Source: Monocercomonoides exilis PA203
Taxonomy: Eukaryota; Protista; Preaxostyla
DNA length: 64,000 nt
Assembly: GCA_001643675.2 (NCBI GenBank)
Contig: LSRY02000010.1
Location: 1,054,001 to 1,118,000, forward strand
Reading direction: 5' to 3'
The notes under the pieces were generated by a model, which worked only from the letters and a program-made list of their open reading frames with translations, was not told the origin of the DNA and did not search any database. This document shows, piece after piece, positions 1-12,732 of the stretch. The stretch's first letter is position 1. Each line of letters starts with the position of its first letter. The position numbers and the translations under genes were made by a program.

Positions 1-1103
1 TTTCCATTCTTCTTCTTTTTTGCTTCTTTTTTGCTTCTTTTATCTTCTTTCCCTTTTGATTTTTTTGATTTTTTCTTTTCTGCTTTTGATTTTCTTGGAT
101 TTTCTTTCTCCTTCATTGCAGCAGCGAGTGCAGCAAATGACGGAATTGCCGTCACAACTCCAGGATGAGATGGAATGGACTGAGGGACCGGAAGAGGAAG
201 AGGAGTAACAAATGGAGCTTGAGGCTGCATCTGACCTTTTGGTGCAATTGAATGGATTTGTGAATATTTACCTCTTGCGCTCAAATCATGAGCTGGTGCG
301 TCGTAATATTGCTGTGTCGATGTGACTGATCCAATAAATGGAGAATCAAGATTTTGTTGAGGATAAGAAGAGGGTGAAGGTGAAAGAGGGCTTGGCGATG
401 GAGAATCAATTGAAGATTCCGTAAAAGACAAATGAGAAAAAAATTGTTTAAGCCCTGACAAAGTTCCAAGCCTGAACGTCACGCTAACAATTCCAAGTTC
501 CCCTAATTCTCCTCGAAACTGACTTGATGCGTTTGACTTGCTTGTTATTAATGGATTCTGAAGTGCAATTTGCTTTGTGACTTCAACAATTCTATATGAT
601 GAAGATTTTTCTTGATTTTGCGCATAATATGCATTACATAAAGTATTTATCACGGGTTTCATTGGAAATTTACATATTCCAAGAAGAATCGTTGGCTGTG
701 AAGCGATTTCAAGAAGAGATGACGATTGAAATTGACTTGCTCTGAGCTTCATCCATATTTCTTCTATAACAGATACCCTTTGAGACACATATAATTGTCC
801 GCTGGATTTTGTTGATGATTCGCGTTTTACTGCATCTGGTTTCTTTACGACATGAGAAAGGTCAAAAATCACTGTATGCCCAAGTGACGAAGTCGCTTCA
901 GCTGGAATTGAGCGAGATTGAAGTCCAGGTATTGCTATTTCTGGAAGTAAATTACTTTTAATTCTACAATAAATTTCATTCACTGAATATATTGTTGAAA
1001 TTGTTGTCGATTGTGATTTTTCAGTACTCTCAAAACTTGGAAAACTTAACTGTAGTGGATGTCCTGTTAATGAAGATATTGTTACAGCTAAGAAAGGAGT
1101 CAT
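1..1103 (-). CDS. Hypothetical protein, 3' part runs off the left edge (>367 aa; Ser/Pro-rich middle, Lys-rich stretch at the edge)
   Basis: Manual translation from ATG 1103 (MTPFLAVTISSLTGHPLQL...) stays open to position 1 (...MKEKENPRKSKAEKKKSKK...). Absent from the ORF track because no stop lies inside the window. Confidence 0.65.
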   Translation of the reverse strand, partial: MTPFLAVTISSLTGHPLQLSFPSFESTEKSQSTTISTIYSVNEIYCRIKSNLLPEIAIPGLQSRSIPAEATSSLGHTVIFDLSHVVKKPDAVKRESSTKSSGQLYVSQRVSVIEEIWMKLRASQFQSSSLLEIASQPTILLGICKFPMKPVINTLCNAYYAQNQEKSSSYRIVEVTKQIALQNPLITSKSNASSQFRGELGELGIVSVTFRLGTLSGLKQFFSHLSFTESSIDSPSPSPLSPSPSSYPQQNLDSPFIGSVTSTQQYYDAPAHDLSARGKYSQIHSIAPKGQMQPQAPFVTPLPLPVPQSIPSHPGVVTAIPSFAALAAAMKEKENPRKSKAEKKKSKKSKGKEDKRSKKEAKKKKNG

Positions 1104-1754
1104 TCAGATTCTGTTTTCTTAGTCTCGTCTCAAACGCAATATTTTGAAATTTATATGATCGAAACCCTAATAAAAATTTTCAAAAGAGAAAATACAACAT
1201 CAGTGAAGTTGTCCATTAAAGAAATAAAGAAACAAAAATGAATGGTTTTCATTTTCTGCGTGCATTACAAAAATATTTTTTCTTATTTCTAATGATGTTT
1301 TCGACGCTGATAATTAATATTTATATGTTGAATATTCTCCAAATAAAATTTGATTTCAATGTTTAAAAAATCGATTTCAAAGTTCAATAATTCAATTTCG
1401 AAACATGAAAAATTCAAATTTTGTGTTTTTATTGATTTGTTTTGCGTCATTTAAATAATCTTTATTTTAACATGAGGAAAGAATCGAAATTTTTGTCTTC
1501 AAGTCAGCCAGCGAATTTTGTTCACGTCATTAGCTTTTTTTTAAAAAAATAATAATAAAAGGACAAATAGACTATTTTTTATAAGGAAAAAACTCTTCAT
1601 TTTTGAAAGATTGAAAATCCCGAAAATTGAAAAGAAAAGAAAAATGAAAAAAACTGAATTAAATTATAATAAAAAGGCTCCTGATATAAAAATTTTCTCT
1701 AATAAAATGACAAACTTAAAAATGTCTAGCATAAATAACTCGATAAGTTTCTTT

Positions 1755-3080
1755 TCAAAAATTCATTTTAATGTGCATCAACAAACAATAACTTGCGAAA
1801 ATATCATTACATCCTTCTTCCTCCAATTTCTGCAATATCTCATGTTTAACTATTTGACATTCTTTCTTATCATCATTCTTTCCACATTTTCCATTCAAAA
1901 TGCACGAAATTCCTCTGAATATTAGCAAAGTGTGATTTGCAGTGTAATCATCCAGAAATGACATACATATTACCTTGATCAAGGCATCCACTGCCCCTCC
2001 TCTCAAAAGCCCATTCGCTGCCTTGACTGTTTGATAGTCGCTTATTCCTTCCAAAAAATCTATTATCAGTTGAAATATTTGCTGGTAATTTTCTCTCGTT
2101 TCTTCGAGTAATCTTGCCATCACAGCTACAAGCTCTATACATTCTTCATTCCACAATCTACTGAAATCAAAGAAATAATTTATAAAATAAATCCATTTTT
2201 CAATAATCTGCGCTTCTTTCATTTCATTTCCTTTTTTTTCCTCTTTTTTTCTCTTCCAATCAACTAGCTTTGACAACTCTTCCAGTTCTCTTGTTGCTTC
2301 TCTTGCAAAATGCAGTTCGTTCGCAACTTCGCACATTTCCTCCTTGTCCCAGCATAAACTGTTAATCAAAAATTTCCAAGCAGACTGAAATGCAAGATGC
2401 GAAAGGTTGTGATTCTCTCGATGAAATTTAATGATTTCTTTTATTTCTTTAATGAAAAGTGTCATTTCGTCATTCTGTAAGAAATGGAATGAAATCACTA
2501 ATGTCACAAATTAAAATATTAAAATAAATCAAACTTCATAATTTTCAATACAACTTAATGACAATAAAGCCATTTCTACCTCCTTTTGTGTTTCTAAATC
2601 TTTATTTTCGTTTGCAGCAACTTTCAAAAGACATGAAATGCAAATTGGTAACAGTTCTTCGGACATTGTTCCGTCACGCTCATTTAGAGATACATAGCAT
2701 TCACAAATATTGATCAATAGTTTTTCGTTCTTTTCACTTTTCTTCTTCCCTTCTTTTTCAATCATTTTTTCAAATTTTTCAAATAGCAAAGAATTACAAC
2801 CACAACAAAATGAGAATTCTTTCAATGCATTTTGATGTCCAATAATCTTCAGCGATATTAAAGCAGAATTTAATGACAATTCGTTTTCTTCAATCATTTC
2901 GTAAACTTTGTCAAAAGCCTCTTTTGAAAATATAGTTTCCAATTCTTTATCTTCAGTTCTATCCAGAAGCTCCTTTAATTCTTCAATTTTCATTTGACGA
3001 ATAATGTCTAAAGATAAAACAATTATTAATTGTATATAATCGAAAGAAAGAGTTGCACGCACCATAAAGGTTGTCTTCAT
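1755..3080 (-). CDS. Member of a lineage-expanded helical (ARM-like) hypothetical protein family; at least 2 exons; 5' end uncertain
   Basis: ORFs 2529-3080 and 1755-2507 join in frame across a GTTTG...CAG intron (2534-2475). Motifs EKLLINICECY, CLLKVA...ETQKEVEMALLSLS, LSHLAFQSAWKFLI, ELHFAREATRELEEL and LEEEGCNDI resemble a multicopy Monocercomonoides-type family (recalled, not searched). Confidence 0.6.
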
Positions 3081-3821
3081 TTAATATTGAACGCGCCTTT
3101 CTTATCAAATTCTCTTTTGCAATTTTCTATAATTATCAACATTTGAAATATGTTTCGTATAAATTGATCCAATGATCATTCAAAAAAGGATTAAAATATT
3201 TCCCAAATTATTGCTAACATTCATAATCTTTTGAAGCGCTCGGAATTTATTTACAAATTGAAAAGATTAAAGAAGAAAACGATTATCTTTTATCTAAATA
3301 AATTGATCTTGCCCATTAATAAAAAATAAGATTCCAAATAATCGGGGAGATTTGTTTTCGTATTATAAATACCGTGAAAAGATACGAACTTTCTCAGTAA
3401 ATTATCGCAATAAGTCAAATACTCGTAAACATTGTTACAAAGATTATAAAAAAATTTTTTTAAAAAAAAAGAAAATATAATTGTGTATTTGATAATTTTT
3501 GAAGCCAAAAACTACTTCCAATTTGTTATATTTAAATTAGTGTTGATTTATGTTGTTAAAATTTGTTTGACGATTAAAAAATTTGAATTTTTTTGTTATG
3601 TGAAACTCCAAAAAATTATCTCTGCATTATTATTCATACACTGACAATCAAAAATAACTGATCCACTTACAAAAATTGAAAATTTGAACAAACAGCTAAG
3701 AAAGAAAAAAAATCACATTCAATTATTATTATTATCAAACACGTTAATGCTTTGCAATAGAGATAATTTTTTTTCTCTTTTCAAAAACAATAAAAAAAGA
3801 ACGATTTTCCTGTAAATAGAA

Positions 3822-5010
3822 AAAATTATTTGTCAGAAATATGTGATCTGAATTTTCAAAAAAAAAGTTAAATTTCAAAAATTAATGCCAATAACATAAT
3901 AAAAATATATTAATAGTTGATTGATCCTCCTTCATTTAAAATAACTGTTTTAAGGCGTTTGTACATCGAATGAACAAGTTTATTTATTATATCCATTTCA
4001 ATTTCATTCTAGGCATCCAAAATTGATTGTTTCAGCTCATTCACATTTTTCTTTTGTTTTCCATCTTTGAAAACTATCCTAGATGAAATGCTCCACACAT
4101 TTTCGATGATATTTAAATCTGGAGAATAAGGAGGCCATTCTACGCTGGTTATTGAAAAATCTTTGATAACATTTTGCACATTTAAAGATCGATGAATTGG
4201 TGAATTATCGTGGATAAATCTCCAATAATTTTTGAATCGCTTGCGTGCATAAGGAATTAATGAAAATTTCAAAATACGACAATATTCCTCAGAATTCATT
4301 GTTTCACTGACAAAAACGATTGGTGATTTGAAATTAAAACCCACTGCAGCCCATATATTTATTTTTTCATGTTTATTCTGACTTTGATGATCGAAAATTT
4401 TCTCATTATCTTTTTCAATCCATTCCATTCTTGTTTTATCTGGTCCAAATGAATTGAATTTTTTTTCATCTGTGAAGATCGTAAGTTCCCATAATTCATC
4501 ATCCCTTAAATGTTTTTCCGCAAATTCGTTTCTCTTCTCACAAGCATTCTTTGATAAATAAGGTTTGATTTTTCTCTTAGTATATTTTCTATTAATTAAG
4601 CGCAATAGTCGATGAGCAGTGGGATTGCTGCAATTCATAGCAAGATAATCGGTTGGATCTCTGACTCTTCAAATTTGCATGTATTTTGATTCTTTTTAAG
4701 CTTTCCTCAACAAAGCAGGCGAAATAAAAAATGGCCTTCCGAGTTTGCGTCTGACAAGCCGTTTTGATTGAATATGGTTTGTTTTTTAGTACTTTTTTGC
4801 AGTATTGACTGAAATATTCAATATACGAGCAATTTCGTTTCTTCCTTTTCCTTGATCGCGCAGTATATGTATTTTCTTTTGAATCGAGCCCTTTGTAATT
4901 CTTGTCATTTTGTTTTGTTTGTGTATTATTTCTTTTTTTGTATTAATACTTTTATCATTCGCAAATTAATTTTTTTTTCCGGATCACATTTTTTTGAAAA
5001 TAATTTCCTG
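3822..5010. mobile_element. Degenerate Tc1 element with eroded inverted termini
   Basis: aaattatttgtcagaaatatgtgatc (~3823-3848) is an imperfect reverse complement of gatcacatttttttgaaaataattt (~4982-5006), flanking the transposase. Exact ends and TA TSD are not resolvable. Confidence 0.45.
3910..4908 (-). pseudogene. Tc1/mariner (Tc1-type DD34E) transposase pseudogene, full length, four in-frame stops
   Basis: ATG 4908 to TAA 3910 in one frame. N-terminal HTH (GRNEIARILNISVNTAKKY), IFTDEKKF, HDNSPIH...WPPYSPDLNIIENVW (34 residues between D and E), C-terminal LVHSMYKRLKTVILNEGGSINY. Internal stops: TAA 4788, TAA 4698, TGA 4671, TAG 4011. Confidence 0.92.
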
Positions 5011-6791
5011 CAAAATATAAAAATAAACGGTTTTTTATGTTGATCAAGTCTTTTTTTAAAAACAAAAACTGATAAATCTTAAATGTCATTTTGTTATTCG
5101 CTGATCGATATATTTTCGCTTTTGACTTATGCTTTTGTTGTAAAAAAAATATAGAAACTTCATCAGGATCACATAATTCTGATGAGCAGTGTAATATATA
5201 TGTTTCAAATCGGTAACAAATATGTGTTGTTTGACTTTTTGTATCTTTTTAAAATGAGGACAAATAGACCATTTCAAAAAATTTGTTGTTTCTTGAATTA
5301 TAAAGAATTTAACAACTTTTGTTTTAATCAAACATGTGTGACGTGACGAAAATTTATTTGAAAATTCATTAGCCTTTTTAAATTATCTAAATAAATATAA
5401 AAAGTGGTGAACTTACCACTGAAGACATGATAAATTTTCTTTTCATTTCGGTCGATTCATTTCATTATTCCATTGGAATTTTCTGTTCCAAAAATTTTGC
5501 GTCTGATGTGTATACGGAATGACGGGCTTGAAAATGAAATAATGCGACGGAATGAATTTCGCAGTGCTTTTATAGTAATATAGGAATAATTTTTGAAATC
5601 ATATTTCTTCAATCTTAACTCTTTGTTTGAAAATTTCATTTCAGTGTTCGCAAATGAACACCGAATTGTGTTAACTCCTTTCAAAGATGATTAATATGTG
5701 AATATCATCAAAAACGTTGTTTTTTTATACAATTATTGTAATTTTTTTTTGGAATTGAAAAATTCCTTTTCAAAGAAAGGAAAAGTTCAAAGAATCAACA
5801 CTTTAATAAAAGTCATGATTTCAAAAATTATCACACTTGAAAAGGTCCATTTTTGATCCAAAAAAATCGTATTTCACAACCAAATTGAATGTTATTGTGT
5901 CATCAAATAGCTTTATTTAATCTAATAATAAACTGTTCATTATTTTTGGACAAAATTTTTTGATACTTTCTCTGAAAATTTTTGCATCCAATAAGTCACA
6001 CTTTTTCATTATTTCAATATTTTTCTAATTATGTGAGAAAGAACAGAAATATCACAAAAATATGAGATTAAAATTTTTACACTGATTTTTAACAAAAGGA
6101 ATTTTTCAAAAAAATTTCGACGAATAGTTTTTTTCTTTTTCGAAATAAAACTTTTTTTGGTGTATTTTGTCTAACAAAATTGTTTTATTCAGTCAATATT
6201 GCACAGAACATCTCAGATCGTATTTTGTTTGTCTTCCGCATCAATGAAGTTTCAGCTGCGTTTCAAATTTTATTTTCAAAGTTTTCCAAAAAATACAAAA
6301 TTTATTCTCAATAATAGAAAATATTTGATTTACAAACGAAAATTCAATTAAATCCAAAATAATGAATAATATACATGAAAAAATATTTCAAAGTGCATTT
6401 AACTCATATAAAACTATCCGACTGCTCTCACCAAAATCACGTTGAAAATGTAATCAAGAAAATAAGAATGACTTTTCTTTGGTATGAACATGGCAAATGA
6501 CAATTTGCATGAAACTGGATTTCATGCAAACACGCAAAAAATTTGGTAAAAAATTTCAAAATGATTCCAAAAAAAATAAAACTATCTTAATGATACATTT
6601 CCGAATTCATTACTAACATTTAATGCGTCATTGCAAAGATAAAGATGAGATTAGATGATATAAGCGTGCGTTATTCAAAGATGAGTATGCCTCTTTCCAT
6701 TTTCTGAAATAAAAATTTGTCAACATTCATATTCTGATTTTGATAAATTTGTTACATTTCTAACATTTTCTTCCCAACTCAGCAAAAACAT

Positions 6792-7836
6792 TCATGTTTG
6801 AGATTCATCAGGAGATATCGTTGTGATCAAATCCGTCTGAGGTGATTGATTTTCAATGACGCTGTCTGGGCATTGAAGATTCAATGTTTCCATTTCAATT
6901 TCAACCAAAGAGGAGGAGGAAGAAGAGGAGGAAGAGGAAGAAGAAGAAGAAGAGGAAGAAGAAGAAGACGACGATGAATCTGAAGAAGGTGCAAAATCAT
7001 TTTGCGGCATCTGAACATATGCCCTCGCTTTGCTCCTCTTTCTCTCCTCTTTCTGCTTCTTCTTCATCATTTTTTGTTCCCATTCTTTCTTCCTCTTCCC
7101 CATCTGAATCCACAATTCCTCTTTCCTTTCCTTCTTTCCTTCATCCGAAAGGTTATTATAATCATCATACGTAAATTCTGTGTGTGTTTTGCTTCTTTTT
7201 CCTTCAATGCTTCCATTTGTCGTCGTTGTGACTGAAGAAAAAGGAGAAGTCGTGTCAATAATCGAAGCAGGCCGAGGTGGGGCAGTCGAAATGATAGCTG
7301 GTTGGTTACTCTGGTTACTTGAAGAAGAAGAAGAAGAAGATGATGATATTGCGTGATTGGAATGAATTGTTTGTTCATCTTTCTGTTTTCGTGAACCTTC
7401 AGCAGTTGAAAGGATGTTGAGAAATGGATTCAATCCCGAATTGCTGGTTTCAGAAGGAGGAGGAGGAGAAGAAGAAGGAGAAGAAGAAGAATGTGATGCG
7501 TAATTGGGTAAAGTGGTGTCTGGAGATGAAACAGAAGAAGAAGAAGATGATGATGATGAGGAGGAGGAGGAAGATATTGCAGTGCTTTCAGTTGGATCAT
7601 TTGTTCTGATGGGCTCTTCAAGTTGTGTTGAAAACGAAGAAGTCTGAGAGGATGAAGGAGGAGAAGAAGGAGAAGGAGAAGATGATGATGGCTGAAGATG
7701 ATTTGCCTCTGAAGGAACAGAACTTTGATGCTTAGATGAATCAAGTGAACTGTCTTGTGAAGTGTGTAAGTTTGACAGAGAAGGAGGTGGTTGCGTTGAA
7801 ATGACTTGTGCAGATGAAGAAGGATCAGACAATGAA

Positions 7837-7880
<44 letters not shown>

Positions 7881-8944
7881 AGAAGAAGAGGAAGAAGAAA
7901 AAGAAGAAGAATGAGAAGAAGGCGAAAATGTATCCAATTCTGAAGCAGCATTCACAGAATTGTCAGAAATATGTGATGCTGATTCCATTGCTGGCGTGAC
8001 TGAAGCTTCATCATCAGATGAAGATGAAAACTGATGAGTAGAAGACGAAGAATGATCCAAAGATGAATAAGAAGGCGCTTCGTGTTCAGGCTGTTCAAAC
8101 ATCGAATCGTCGTATTCAGGCGCATCTGGCCCAAAATCTCCGATAATTTCGAAGCATGCACCAGAAGAAGAGGAAGAAGAAAAGGAAGAGGAAGAAGTGT
8201 AAGGTGGAGATGATGAATCCTCTGTTTCAAATGCAGGCAGATCTGCTCTTGAGGATAAAAAAGATGAATTGTGACCATCGTTTGAATAATACTTCGGTGC
8301 TCGCTCGACATTTTGTGAATAATTTGGATGGCTGATTAATCTTTCTTCATCACTTCGCTCTTGTTCTTGTTCTTGTTCATGTCTCCGTTCCTCTTCTTGT
8401 TCCTCTTCTTCCAATCCTTCACTCATTCTTTCAGAAGGCACCTTTCTTTCTTGAGATCTGCTTGTGTTGCTATGGTGTGTTTCTGCACTGTTTATGGTGT
8501 GCGTATTCAAAGAAGCATCTTCCTCATTGCAATCACTTGATGATTGAATTGTTTCGTGGTGTAAAATGTCTCCTCTGCCTCTCTTTCTGATGAGTGTGGA
8601 TGTGTCATTGCATACTTCTGCATTTGCCTCTTCTTCTCTTTCTTCTTGTGCATTGCCTTCATCTTCGATTTCATTGATGTTATCGCCTTCATCATCATCA
8701 TCACCATCATCATCATCTTCTTCTTCGCTTGCATCTTCTCTGTCATACAGCACAGCAAATGGATCTTTGCTTCTGTCGCAAGTGTTGAATGAAATGATTG
8801 GGATACCGTTTTCTTCTGCAATTTTCCTTCCTTTGTATTCAAGTTGCAGTAGAGGGTCGTCTCTTCTTAGGGGCTCGCGGAAATTGAGACTGATTTTGAG
8901 AATTAAAAATGAGAATAAAAATAAAAAATAATAAATAAAATAGG

Positions 8945-8979
<35 letters not shown>

Positions 8980-10451
8980 AGAGAGAAAGAGAAAGAGAAG
9001 AGAAGAGAAGAGAAGAGAAGAGAAGAGAAGAGAAGAGAAGAGAAGAGAAGAGAAGAGAAGAGAAGAGAAGAGAAGAGAAGAGAAGAGAAAAGGAAATATC
9101 AAATAATTTCTCTTTTCAAATAAACATACCCATTTCCTCTATCAGAGAAAAGAGCTTCGCGTATATTTTGAAGCCATCCTTTGGCAAAGGGGTTGGAATC
9201 TTCAAGAAGGCAATTAATCTGACAGAAATAAAATTTGTTTAGAAAATAAAGAATTGGAAAAAAAAAACATGGCAATTACGATGGAAAATTTTACAAAAAT
9301 AAAAATAAAAAAAAAATAAAAAAACAATAATAATCATAAAAAATGCCAACAAAATTAAAAACATCGATTTTTCTTTCTCCCTCAAGTATTAATAATTCAC
9401 ACACATGTTCACGAGTTGTTTCATTATTCACAATTAGAGACAAATGAAGCGTAAACAATTCCCCAACAACGAGAAGCGCAATTGATGCATATACCAGCAA
9501 TATCACAGTCACTGCGAATCTGGACCAAAAGAGCGCGCGTTGATCGCGCATAAAATTGGGAATATCTTTTAAAAATGCTGAAAGAGTACAAAGCAGAGTT
9601 CAATTAAAAAAGTGAATTACCGCTTAAAAAATTCAAAAATTCACATATCAATTAAATCCAAAAAAAAAACTTTCACATAATACTCAATCATACGCACAAC
9701 ATTAAAGTTAGAATTTTTTCAAACTCAAACCTATTAATGAAATTATTATTGCTGCCATTGTCCATGCAATAAATAATACACTTAAAGTAATAACAGAAAC
9801 CAAAAAACAAAAGAAAAAGCGATAATTCCGTTTTCCTATACAACATCCAAGCCTGCAAAAGTCAAAGAAAAAAGAAAAAAAATTAAAAAGAATAACCATT
9901 AGAAATATAAATACCATGGACAATGATGATCGAATCTTTCAACGCAATGATTGCAATGATGGCAATGTGAAGCTCTTGGAGGGCGTATCAAACAACAAGT
10001 TGAGCAATATCTGGGATAGCAAACTTTTGGGGTCTGAGGGGTTACAGATGAAAAAGCGTCTGAGAAAAAATGTGTGAATAATCCATAATTTTGAAAGCAA
10101 ACCAATAAATTCATCTTCATTTGATTGATATCGATCAAGAACTCCAGGGTCCGTACATGAAGTATATATTAGTAAAAATAGTGCAATTATTCCACACGTA
10201 ATAAGTAAAGCAGTTGCAATCCAACAAAGAACAGGTTGCATCAAATGGAAAGTGAAAGCAAAAAAGATTGGAAAAGGTATGATCAGAAAAATTATTGATC
10301 CGAGACAGTATGCTGTTCCGTTTCCTTTAATTAAACGTCCACCACAATAAAAAGTCACTTTTCCTGGCCACACATTGTATTTTCTAATTTTTCGATTTGA
10401 AGCTTTAAATCTTGCTAAATCCAAAACAGACGATTTTTTATTAATCGTCAT
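6792..10451 (-). CDS. DHHC palmitoyl acyltransferase (Erf2/ZDHHC9-like), about 6 exons, with a ~700-aa acidic/Ser-rich C-terminal tail
   Basis: Exon 1 MTINKK...[17 protein letters not shown], two TM segments, TDPG. 43-nt intron 10102-10060. [31 protein letters not shown]|[19 protein letters not shown] segments, NETTREH motif. Small exon ~9220-9130; last exon ~8891-6792 continues into the 653-aa ORF. Confidence 0.88.
8945..9085 (+). repeat. Intronic poly(A) followed by (AGAAG)18 microsatellite
   Basis: A-run 8945-8976, GA-rich linker, perfect AGAAG repeats 8996-9085, inside the last DHHC intron. Confidence 0.95.
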
Positions 10452-11314
10452 TTCAGCAATGAAATGTTTTATTGCTTTACTTGCCCAAAAAGCAAATAAA
10501 AAATAAAATAATAAATAAAAAATAAATATGGTACACATTTTTAAATAAAAAAAAATATGTATTAGTGCTTTTTCATTCTTATACTATTTTTCTCATTCAT
10601 TTGATATCCAGAACAAACATCATTTTTATTTTCTATTCTATTCTTTTCTGTTTTTTCTTTCTTTCTTTTTATTCCAAAGATTTCATTTTTCTGAATTTTT
10701 CTAAATCGACAATAATGCTCATGAAATGTTACAAAAGAAAATTCTATAAACTAGGGCTGAAATGAAAGTTTGTTAATTCATTGAAATGCAAAAAAATAAA
10801 AAAAGTATAAAATGTGAAAAAAAACATTCATTGATGTGTTTTGAAAAAGAAAAGAAAAAAGTGAAAGAAAAAGTAAATCAAAAATTTGCGTTGTCACAAA
10901 TTAAATAAACATTTTTAAAAAATAAAGTTCTTTTGGTAATTTAATAAAAATTTCTGACAGTCCTTTGCATTGTTTCTTGATTTGTTTTTTTAATTCTGTT
11001 TTTTTCCAATAAAATAATTATTAGTTTTATTTTTTTCTATAAGTTTATATGCTTAAATGAAAATAAAATAATCACAAAAAATGATTCTTATCCTCTTTCC
11101 AACTTAATACATTTTGAAAGATAAAAAATAAAAATGATTAATATAAATAAAGATAAAAATATCAGTTTTTAAAACACTCAACAAAACTAAATCTGAATAT
11201 ACTTTGAAGAGGTAAAAATTAAAATTCATCATATCTCTGTTCAGCTTGATTTTTTATAAAATAAATTCATCCAATAAAAATAAATCTTTAGAAATGATGT
11301 GGTGAAATTGCATT

Positions 11315-12262
11315 CTAATCCTTTTTCTGGCATCGAGGGAACGTAAAACCTCCACATGCTGCAACTACTATAAAGAATATCACAATCTAATTTAAAATAT
11401 AGCATTTTTTGATAAAGAACGATTTAAAAATATCAAATATAAAATTAAAAAGCTTGACTTATAATCTCAATGGTGAATAACAAACCAATAAGACTATTAT
11501 AATAACAATCCATAATTTACAATTTTTCCACCACATAGACTTCTTAAGTTGGGTGCTCTTTTTTCTGAATTGAACAGAGCTATGTGCCAAAGATTCAGAA
11601 CGATCAACCAAAAGTTCAACTTTTTCTTGACGATCCAATATCCTATCTGGAATATTCAGAATAATTTTTTAAAACAATTATATTACAAACGTGAAAATTG
11701 AATCATTTATCAAATAGAAAAATGCTAATTCGTTTTTTCCCATAAAAATAGCTCAAACCAATGTTCTCTTCAACAGCACCACGAAGAACATCAACGTCAG
11801 CTTTCGCTCGTGCAATACGATCACTTGACTTTGCAGAAAATTGTTCCATTAGTCTGTTCAATTCACCGTTGAAATCTCTGAATTGATAGCTGCTTGATGC
11901 ATCAACAGATACGCCATATCGTGAAATGAACAATTGTCTAACATCAGATAAAAATGAAAAGGCAACTCTTCGATCAAAATTGTGGTCGGTTAGGCACATA
12001 TAAACAACTTGATTGCTCACTTCATAATGAAAAGTGTAACTGAATCAATTATTCAGATATTTTGATAAAGACATAATTTATAAAGATTTAGAAAAATAAA
12101 AACAATGAATGCAAACTCATCGTGCTGGTATGACATTTTAGAATCATTTCTTGGTGCTTTTGCAAGTATGCGCTGAGCGACTTGTTTGAAGTTTCCAGAT
12201 TGCCGTGAAGCTTCTGCAAGGATGGATTGACCGCGAGCAATAGTTGAAAAGATAATCGGCAT
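11315..12262 (-). CDS. VAMP7: VAMP7-type longin R-SNARE, 4 exons
   Basis: Longin N-terminus MPIIFSTIARGQSILAE...YMCLTDHNFDRRVAFSFL, SNARE motif (IARAKADVDVLRGAVEENI/DRILDRQEKVELLVDRSESL...FRKKSTQLKKSMWWKNCKLW), C-terminal TM and ACGGFTFPRC, TAG at 11317-11315. Confidence 0.92.
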
Positions 12263-12732
12263 TAACTTTTTGAAAAATCAAAATATATTATAGGTTTAAA
12301 ATTACAATTCAATTTAAGGATTTAAGAGTACAAAAAGGATGAAAAATACTTTGTAGTCAAAAGTAGATAAGTATGGCATCACAGTGATCAGTTCATTGAA
12401 TCATCAGATTTTTTATAAAAAAGAAAATGATATCATTCGAGTGTGTAAATTTGATTCTTTTGGTACAATTGCTTTAGTGAATGAATCAAACTTCTTTGAA
12501 TGCATATCATGATGAAATGGATAACATAAATAATTCCTTTTAATTACAGAAATCATAGAAAAAAAAAAAAACAAAGAAATGTTAGAGTAATTCACAATGT
12601 GTGAAGAATAAATAATAAAATAATATTTGCGTCAAAGTTAAATTCAGCGATCTATCCCATCCCACAAGCATAATTTCGCCTCTCAAAAGTTTTCAATATT
12701 GTTACATATATATTTATATATAATTATTGTAA

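Noticed and set aside
3910-4908. Non-canonical genetic code (TAR=Gln) explaining in-frame stops
   Set aside because: Host genes end in TAA/TAG (VAMP7, cathepsin, MNS1), multi-kb ORFs lack internal TAR, and one of the stops is TGA.
5050-6700. AT-rich spacer with a few 75-81 aa ORFs
   Set aside because: No coding signature, inverted repeat pair or RNA gene recognised.
6884-8931. Many short overlapping ORFs with poly-K/R/L/M runs
   Set aside because: Shadow frames of the GAA/TCT triplet-rich DHHC last exon.
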